NCBI GenBank assembly: GCA_963833575.1
Contig: CAWHXY010000004.1
Coordinates: 256,001-320,000, forward strand
Length of the DNA: 64,000 nt
Source: Candidatus Bathyarchaeota archaeon
GTDB lineage: Archaea; Thermoproteota; Bathyarchaeia; Bathyarchaeales; Bathycorpusculaceae
Direction of reading: 5' to 3'
The notes under the pieces are model-generated. The model worked only from the letters and a program-made list of their open reading frames with translations. It was not told where the DNA came from and searched no databases. Below, one piece after another: positions 57,552 to 64,000 of the stretch (within the stretch, counting starts at the first letter, position 1; each line of letters starts with the position of its first letter). The translations under genes and the position numbers were made by a program.

Positions 57552-58373
57552 ATGAAGAAATCCTTGGTAATTGCCTCGGTACTTATAATAATCACAGTTG
57601 TAGTAAGTGCTTCAATACTTGTTTTTCTAAACAATAACAAACCCGCAAATCCCCCATCGACACCACGCTACACTTACGCGGTAGTTAACACGTATCCGCA
57701 TGACACAAACGCCTTCACAGAAGGACTCGTGTATTCAGATGGCTCTCTCTACGAGAGCACAGGACTCAATAGCGCCTCATCATTACGCAGAGTCAACCTA
57801 ACAACTGGGGCTGTTCAGCAAGAGGTAACGTTGCCAAGCCAATACTTCGGCGAAGGAATAACAGTTGTCAACAACACCATTTTCCAGCTTACATGGCAGT
57901 CAAACATAGGCTTCATCTACAATAAAACCACCTTTGCATTAATAGGAAACTTCACTTACCCAACAGAAGGCTGGGGCTTAACCTTCAATGGAACCCAGTT
58001 GATCATGAGCGACGGAACAAACAACCTCTACTTTATTGACCCAACCACTTTTGAACGCACAGGACAAATCCAAGTTCACGACGGAAACAAAACAATAGTA
58101 AACATTAACGAACTAGAATATGTCAACGGCGACGTTTACGCCAACATTTGGCATACAAGCACAATTGCCATAATCAACCCACAAACGGGACAAGTCAAAG
58201 GATGGATAGACCTCACTGGACTATCAAGCGCAAACGAAAACAACTCAAATTCCGAAGCAGTACTGAACGGTATCGCATACGACCAAAAAAACGATAGATT
58301 GTTTGTAACAGGTAAAGATTGGGCAAACCTGTATGAAATAACAATAATGCCAGAAGCCGCAATACCCGCTTAA
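57552..58373 (+). CDS. Glutaminyl-peptide cyclotransferase (type I, beta-propeller)
   Basis: YPHD..AFTEGL, LYESTG, YFGEG, EGWGLT, MSDGT, NELEY, VLNGIAY, VTGK.W. Confidence 0.93.
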   Translation: MKKSLVIASVLIIITVVVSASILVFLNNNKPANPPSTPRYTYAVVNTYPHDTNAFTEGLVYSDGSLYESTGLNSASSLRRVNLTTGAVQQEVTLPSQYFGEGITVVNNTIFQLTWQSNIGFIYNKTTFALIGNFTYPTEGWGLTFNGTQLIMSDGTNNLYFIDPTTFERTGQIQVHDGNKTIVNINELEYVNGDVYANIWHTSTIAIINPQTGQVKGWIDLTGLSSANENNSNSEAVLNGIAYDQKNDRLFVTGKDWANLYEITIMPEAAIPA

Positions 58374-58414
58374 AATAACGCTTATTTTAAACCGTTCTGC
58401 ATTAGCTTCTTTCA

Positions 58415-59221
58415 TTAATGCTGGGCTGTATAGTAAGAGAGAATTGCAAGCGGAACAACAAGAATATAGGAAACTAATGTTCCAAGCCAAATGCCCAAGA
58501 TGGGAAACAAATAACGCACAGACACACTGAAAGGAATAATCGTAAAGATTCCACTCAAAACTAACGGTTTAGTCATAGCACGAGAGAATTCCGTACCCAT
58601 GCTTCTATTCAAAATAACAAGGGTTGACGTGAAAACTGCTGGAAACGCAGCTGCGATACCTCCAAGGACGGATCCGCCAATTTGACTTAAAAGAACTGAA
58701 AGCAAAACAAGAGAGCCAGCGCCTACCCCACGTAAAATAACCTCATGAAATTTGTATGTCTTTTTTTCTCCTTTTAGATTCTGGATCTTTAGTTTCTTGA
58801 AGAAAAAATAAGTCAAAACTGAAATTACAGTTCCACCAACTAATGAAAACATAAAATCACTAAGACCGGAAACAACAATCAAGGCAGAAGCAGCAAACCA
58901 AATCATAAGAGAGAAGGTTATACCGCGAATAAACCTTTTCTGCGCAAAAAAAGCATAGAAAAACAGGTATGCACTCGTGACACCGAAGGCTAATGGGAAA
59001 ACTGTTGTTGCCTGAACTGCAGCGTTTGAAGATTGGTTAATCCCTATAAAGAAAAAAGAGAAAGCTGATGCTGAAGGAAGCCCACCAAGGACGCCGCCTA
59101 AAACGCTGCCTCTCTTTTCAGCTACGTTAGTGATTATGCTTACCCAAAGGCTTCCAACCGCAAAAGCCAAAACAAGATGCAGAACTATTGAGGCATCAAC
59201 CATAATTTCACTATTTGTCAA
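58415..59221 (-). CDS. Multi-pass membrane protein with internal duplication (DUF3147-like)
   Basis: Repeated G.VLGG....(L/F)P motif in both halves; about 8 TM helices. Confidence 0.6.
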   Translation of the reverse strand: MTNSEIMVDASIVLHLVLAFAVGSLWVSIITNVAEKRGSVLGGVLGGLPSASAFSFFFIGINQSSNAAVQATTVFPLAFGVTSAYLFFYAFFAQKRFIRGITFSLMIWFAASALIVVSGLSDFMFSLVGGTVISVLTYFFFKKLKIQNLKGEKKTYKFHEVILRGVGAGSLVLLSVLLSQIGGSVLGGIAAAFPAVFTSTLVILNRSMGTEFSRAMTKPLVLSGIFTIIPFSVSVRYLFPILGIWLGTLVSYILVVPLAILSYYTAQH

Positions 59222-59274
59222 CTTAATGTTTTATTAACTTTCTAGCGTGCTTTTGCGGATCCTGCCAGTTCATT

Positions 59275-59961
59275 TTACCATAGAAAAGGAATTAATCGAT
59301 ATCGAACCTTTTGGCAATATTCCAAGTAACCTTCCAAGTGCGCAGTCAAGAACTTTTCTTCCCCGACAATTCTCACGGCAATTGCAGCCAAAATAGGTGG
59401 AAAAGCAAGCAATCCCCAAAACGAGCCTAAAGCAAGAGGAGTAAAAAGCAACATTACAAGCGCTCCAGAATACATTGGATGACGTACTTTCCCGTATGGA
59501 CCACTTGAAATTACTTTTTGCCCTTCATTAACCTCAACAAGGACAGAGGTATAGCTGTTTTCTTTGAATACTAGAAAAATCATGAAAATACCAAGCGCTG
59601 CGAAAACATCCCCAACTAAACTCAGGTAAGAAGGAACACTTGACCGTTGGTAATGATGGTCAATAGATGGAATGAGAATTAGCAGTATGAAAAAAATGCT
59701 TATGGCAGCTTGTGTGATTTTTTGTGTATTTTCTTTTTCAGACGCGCCAACCTTCAGTCGACTTGCGATGAGGTTAAGGTCTTTCTTTAAAAAATAAGCA
59801 CTTACTGCTGTTATGCATGCTAAAAAGACAAGCCAATATACCCATGCTTGCCAATAATTCAGTGTCCAAGCAGGCAAAAACAATGCAACCCACAACAAAA
59901 CCGCAAGTGCAGATAATCCCAAAATCGCCTGTTTGGTTATACTCAGACCAGATTTACTCAT
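59275..59961 (-). CDS. Isoprenylcysteine carboxyl methyltransferase family protein
   Basis: Q.VISSGPY..VRHPMYSG, RI..EEKFL, GY.EY..KVRYRLIP..W. Confidence 0.9.
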   Translation of the reverse strand: MSKSGLSITKQAILGLSALAVLLWVALFLPAWTLNYWQAWVYWLVFLACITAVSAYFLKKDLNLIASRLKVGASEKENTQKITQAAISIFFILLILIPSIDHHYQRSSVPSYLSLVGDVFAALGIFMIFLVFKENSYTSVLVEVNEGQKVISSGPYGKVRHPMYSGALVMLLFTPLALGSFWGLLAFPPILAAIAVRIVGEEKFLTAHLEGYLEYCQKVRYRLIPFLW

Positions 59962-59997
59962 ACATCGCCAACTCGGAAAATTACTTAAAGAGAATGT

Positions 59998-60363
59998 TTA
60001 AGCTTTGCACTCTTTGAGTTTGCCTAATTCTAAAGCGCCCTTAATTAATCGCTCCAACGATTCAAAATCAGAGTGTTGAACAGTGGTTTGCTCAAAGCTT
60101 ACATAGTTGTTACTTTTTGCTTTGATAACACATCTTTCGAATTCTTCATGTAAAATATCCTTAGTCATAATTGGCTTACCATCAAGCAGTCGTAGATCAC
60201 AAGTGAGGCAATATTCAAAATCAAACTCTAGCTTCCTTCCTTTGGAATTGTCTTCACCGAAGTATTTGATATCTTTCGCTAATTTACCAAAGTCGACATC
60301 GTCAAATTCAACAAACAACACCCGAGTCTTTTTAATATCATGCATATGGCTCAAAGTAGTCAA
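59998..60363 (-). CDS. Hypothetical protein
   Basis: 121-aa ORF; no motif recognised. Confidence 0.5.
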   Translation of the reverse strand: MTTLSHMHDIKKTRVLFVEFDDVDFGKLAKDIKYFGEDNSKGRKLEFDFEYCLTCDLRLLDGKPIMTKDILHEEFERCVIKAKSNNYVSFEQTTVQHSDFESLERLIKGALELGKLKECKA

Positions 60364-60510
60364 TTCTCAGCGCCCGCTGACTCTCTCTTAATGACTTCAT
60401 CATTAAAACGGTTTTGCAATTACTATGACGACTTTAAAATTATATATAATGGGTAATGGTTGATATGGTCTCTTGAATGTATAGTCACCGTTAGTTTGGG
60501 GGAAAATTGG

Positions 60511-60942
60511 TTGGATGAAGTATTAGACATGTTAGATAAGACTGCGAAGCGAATTCAGAAAACTTTGGATGAAACTAAAGAAGCCACTTGGAAGCAATCT
60601 GCGCTATACGAGCAAATCATGAAGTCACCCGAAGCATCGGACCACCAAAAAATCAAGGCATTTGTAAAGAAAACTCGCTATTTAGATCAGCTTGAAGCCC
60701 TGAACTCCCAACTCAGTTTGCTATATACTCTACAGATTTTTGCGTTTAAAGTTAAAGTTCTTGAAGTAACCGTTGGCAACATAAATGACCAACTTTCAAA
60801 ATCTGGAATACTCCTAAAATCAGCAGAAATAGAAAACATAAAAACAAACATTGACTCCCTCAAAATCCTCATAGAAGCACAGTACGAATCCATGAAAGAA
60901 ATCCACGAAAGCCAAAACAAAACCTTAGACTACATCCATTAA
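60511..60942 (+). CDS. Coiled-coil hypothetical protein
   Basis: Heptad-like helical sequence; TTG at 60511 after GGGGGA chosen. Confidence 0.65.
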   Translation: MDEVLDMLDKTAKRIQKTLDETKEATWKQSALYEQIMKSPEASDHQKIKAFVKKTRYLDQLEALNSQLSLLYTLQIFAFKVKVLEVTVGNINDQLSKSGILLKSAEIENIKTNIDSLKILIEAQYESMKEIHESQNKTLDYIH

Positions 60943-61125
60943 ACGTTTTAGCTAGAACACATCTAAAACCTCATAAAAATAATAAGAGTGACGTGCTATT
61001 TCCTAGTTGGGAGAAAAACAGTCCTTAACTAAACTAACTGACTCTTACGCTCTGCCATAAAACTTACTCTTTTCATACAAAAACAAAAATAAAGAAAACA
61101 AAAGAAGGGGATCTTGCCATCTTTT

Positions 61126-62364
61126 TTATGATGAACCTGTGCTAGTTGGAGCTGGTCGGGTACCCAAGACTAGTGATATGCTAAGGGTTTGACTGTTTCG
61201 TACCACTGTTAAGTTCACGGTTTGTCCGGGTAATGTGTATTCTTCTAAGTATGATGATAGATCGTCCATGTTTCTGATTCGTGAACCGTTTATGCCTACT
61301 ATTATGTCGCCACCTGTGTAAACCGTGGTGCCGTCAACTACGATTTGATTGGTACCTGTTTTGATTCCAGCTTTATCTGCCGGTCCACCATTTATCACTT
61401 GCTCAATTAAGACCCCGTATGTGACTTCTGTTCCCATCTGCTTTGAAATGTCGTAAGTCATGTCTGCTCCGCCTATGCCAAGGTATGGATGGGCATTGTA
61501 CGTTCCGTTAGTTGCCAAAGCGTTGATTTCCCGCATTATTGTATCTGAGGGCACGGCAAAGCCTAATCCTTGCGAGCTAGTAACTATGGCTGTTGTTATG
61601 CCGATAACTTGACCTTCATAGTTGAGCAGCGGTCCTCCTGAATTGCCCGAGTTTATGGCGGTGCTTGTCTGTATAATGTCAGATATAGCATATGCGTTTC
61701 CTGTATCTTCAGTAATTGTTCGGTTTAGGGCGCTGATTATTCCTGTAGTCATAGAACCTGTTAATCCGTAGGGGCTGCCTATGGCAATTGCTTCGTCACC
61801 GACTTTCAAACTTGATGAGCTTACAATTGTTAATGGAACTAGTTCAGATTGTGGAGCGTCAGTCGAAAGTATAGCTAAGTCTGAGTATATGTCTGAGCCT
61901 AACACTTTGGCAGTGTAGGTGTTACCGTCTTGGAATGTAACTGTAACGTTTACGCCTCCGTCGACAACGTGATAGTTTGTGACAACGACATCTTGACCAT
62001 TAAGATCATAAATGAAGCCTGAACCTTGAACTTGAGAGTAGGAAGCTTGATTGAACATGTTAGATTCTAATTGGAAGTCTTCAATAACTACTACTGAAGA
62101 TGCCGCCTGCTGATATATCTCGGAGAGCGAATTGTTGTCCGTAGAATCAACAGCGACTGATTGGTTTGAAGTAACTGACGCAGATGAGTCTGAGCTTGCG
62201 GCTTGATTTGAGTTGCTTGTTTCTTGCGTTTGCTGGCTGCTACTTGCAGTTGGATGGTCAATATAGTATCCAGCTAATCCTGCTGTAAGGCTAGCTACAA
62301 AAAGTACAGTGATTATTAGAATGGCAAGTTTGACATTTCTTGGTTTCTTACTAGGAGTTTCCAA
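61126..62364 (-). CDS. htrA: HtrA/DegP-family serine protease with PDZ domain
   Basis: GSGF, VTNYHVV, SDLA, AIGSPYGL, IQT..AINSGNSGGPL, PDZ (GGPADKAG...GDIIV); N-terminal TM helix. Confidence 0.93.
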   Translation of the reverse strand: METPSKKPRNVKLAILIITVLFVASLTAGLAGYYIDHPTASSSQQTQETSNSNQAASSDSSASVTSNQSVAVDSTDNNSLSEIYQQAASSVVVIEDFQLESNMFNQASYSQVQGSGFIYDLNGQDVVVTNYHVVDGGVNVTVTFQDGNTYTAKVLGSDIYSDLAILSTDAPQSELVPLTIVSSSSLKVGDEAIAIGSPYGLTGSMTTGIISALNRTITEDTGNAYAISDIIQTSTAINSGNSGGPLLNYEGQVIGITTAIVTSSQGLGFAVPSDTIMREINALATNGTYNAHPYLGIGGADMTYDISKQMGTEVTYGVLIEQVINGGPADKAGIKTGTNQIVVDGTTVYTGGDIIVGINGSRIRNMDDLSSYLEEYTLPGQTVNLTVVRNSQTLSISLVLGTRPAPTSTGSS

Positions 62365-62604
62365 TATTTATCCCTCACATAGGTTGCATAAGCCTAAAGG
62401 AATAAATATTGTTCCAAATCGCACCCAAATTAATTCTAAATTATATCCAACCCCACAGCAAATAAGCTATTTTCACATGGTAGAGATATTGAAAAAATGG
62501 AGTAGATGCTTTTCAATTTTAGGCAAAGCAAAAAGAATGATTTCTTCAGACTAACTCTGAGTTATTCCTTGAAATGACTGACTTAAACTGGCTTAAACTC
62601 TTCC

Positions 62605-63003
62605 TTAAGACTGGGATAGATACGGCTGCATGTATTTTCCGAGGAAATCAAAGGTTTCAGCATGGAAAAGATGGCTTTTGCAGTGGCAGTCTGAGCATCC
62701 AAAGCCAGCAATGGACTCAGCGTTCTTATCCAGTAGGCTGGCGATTTTGCATTCTTTTGGTTTGTTACCTTGCGTATAGTAGACGCCAATCACCTTTGCC
62801 TCTTTGTTGTTTAGCAGGTAGTCGATATGCCAGAACAAGCGTTTCTGTCTACTTTGGTGTCTCTTCACCCTTAGCTCAAGATTGTTTTGTGCTGAACCCA
62901 CATAAGCATACAAGCCCGACGGGAAAGACAACAAGCCCAAGGCACCGATGTTCAGGCTTATTGTTTTGGCTATTTCGACGATTAGCACGTATATGCCCTT
63001 CAA
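62605..63003 (-). CDS. GIY-YIG nuclease family (DUF123) protein
   Basis: KGIYVL, YAYVGSAQ..L..RV.RH, WHIDYLL, GFGCSDC.C.SHL. Confidence 0.88.
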   Translation of the reverse strand: MKGIYVLIVEIAKTISLNIGALGLLSFPSGLYAYVGSAQNNLELRVKRHQSRQKRLFWHIDYLLNNKEAKVIGVYYTQGNKPKECKIASLLDKNAESIAGFGCSDCHCKSHLFHAETFDFLGKYMQPYLSQS

Positions 63004-63239
63004 CAGCTACTCTCACCTAACTACACCAAGAATTACCTAAGCGTCTAATTTTAAGTCTGAGTTTTTTGTTGCCTTTTCTACAATAACTTGTAAGTAAAAG
63101 CGCTACTACGCAACTATTTCTACTGGAATAAGATAGAATAAGCGTTTCTTTTTTAGGTCATTTTTACTTGATAGAGCTGCGTTTGCGTTAAGAATTAAAT
63201 ATTGAACTAATTACTGTTGCTAAATGAGGAGACTGAATC

Positions 63240-64000
63240 TTGGATGAAGAAGAGTTCAGAAACTACTGTTTAGACAGAAGACTGGATGAAAAGACAATAC
63301 AAGCGCACATCCAGATTGTTAAAGAATTCGAAGCTTTCTTAACAATAAAGTGCCAAAACAGAAGCATAGCTAATACAACTTCCGCCAATTTACACAATTT
63401 CGTCAGACACTTAATAGGCACAAATAGGAACACGTGGGATAACATGCTTCCTATAGTAAGATACGCCCGTTTCATGAACAATAAAAAAATAATTGTTGCT
63501 GTGCTGGAGCTTCTTGACGGAAGTGACGTTTTGGAGAACCTCTCAAACACCATAAAGCAGACAACAGGTAACACCAAACATAAGGCGATTTTCAAAGGAA
63601 TCACGCTACCCCCTCTGGGCACTCTTCCAAAAGATAGGGCAAAAATAACTAAGAAGTTCATGGATAATCTTGAATCAGAATTGGGCGAAGCCAAGTGCAT
63701 AGAAATTCTTTTAAGTGGACCTCATGCCGAGCCTAAGGAACAGTTCTTGCCTGAACAAAAAAAGTTCCTGAAATCTAAGGACATAGATGACTATCTTGGA
63801 AAGAAACATGAAGAATACGTTGCAGAGCTCAAGAACCATATGAAAGAAAAAACACTCTATTACACTCAGGAAATCACCAAAGAAGTTCTTGACTACGTAA
63901 AAGAAACTCCCACCTGTCAAGTAGGCGTGAGAGACGGAAACATAATCTTCGTCACCAAGATTCCCTACATGGCTAAGAAATATCTGCGAGAGAAAGACCC
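63240..64000 (+). CDS. Hypothetical protein (DUF6144-like), runs off the right edge
   Basis: Not in the ORF track (no stop in window). Open frame from TTG 63240 after GAGGAG: MDEEEFRNYCLDRRL...LELLDG..V...L...GVRDGNIIFVTKIPY. Confidence 0.7.
   Translation, partial: MDEEEFRNYCLDRRLDEKTIQAHIQIVKEFEAFLTIKCQNRSIANTTSANLHNFVRHLIGTNRNTWDNMLPIVRYARFMNNKKIIVAVLELLDGSDVLENLSNTIKQTTGNTKHKAIFKGITLPPLGTLPKDRAKITKKFMDNLESELGEAKCIEILLSGPHAEPKEQFLPEQKKFLKSKDIDDYLGKKHEEYVAELKNHMKEKTLYYTQEITKEVLDYVKETPTCQVGVRDGNIIFVTKIPYMAKKYLREKD

Noticed and set aside
62309-63920. ORFs 62309-62554, 62574-63020, 63263-63700 and 63711-63920
   Set aside because: Antisense to or overlapping better-supported genes (htrA, the GIY-YIG nuclease, and the plus-strand gene starting at 63240).

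Overview
Archaeal chromosomal window, about 40% GC by eye. Gene content and protein style point to a TACK-group archaeon, most likely Bathyarchaeia (inference). 1-16 kb: a partial Mg2+-type P-type ATPase, a radical SAM protein, and the S10/spc ribosomal cluster (rpl22 to secY, DUF106, cmk). The cluster is interrupted by an Hsp20 gene, and five r-proteins carry long charged C-terminal tails. 16-39 kb: housekeeping genes (hypFCD/hypE, acyl-CoA ligase, Hsp20, RPA-like OB-fold protein, ilvD, leuA/cimA-family synthase, vapBC, Alba, Mrp) and a tRNA-Met with a non-canonical 45/46 intron. 39-49 kb: the most interesting part. tRNA-Ala(TGC) is followed by a frameshifted C-terminal relic of a tyrosine integrase and by four same-orientation copies of a ~27-nt motif, each fused to a degenerate tRNA 3' end. 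These attR-like sites bracket cargo modules (a giant secreted beta-propeller-like protein with two Lrp regulators, an SGNH hydrolase, small regulators), so the locus looks like a serial-integration cassette array. 49-64 kb: mixed accessory genes (cysteine synthase, Tag, a chagasin/papain-family pair, a membrane polyferredoxin, glutaminyl cyclase, HtrA, a GIY-YIG nuclease). All family calls come from motif recognition only; no database search was run.
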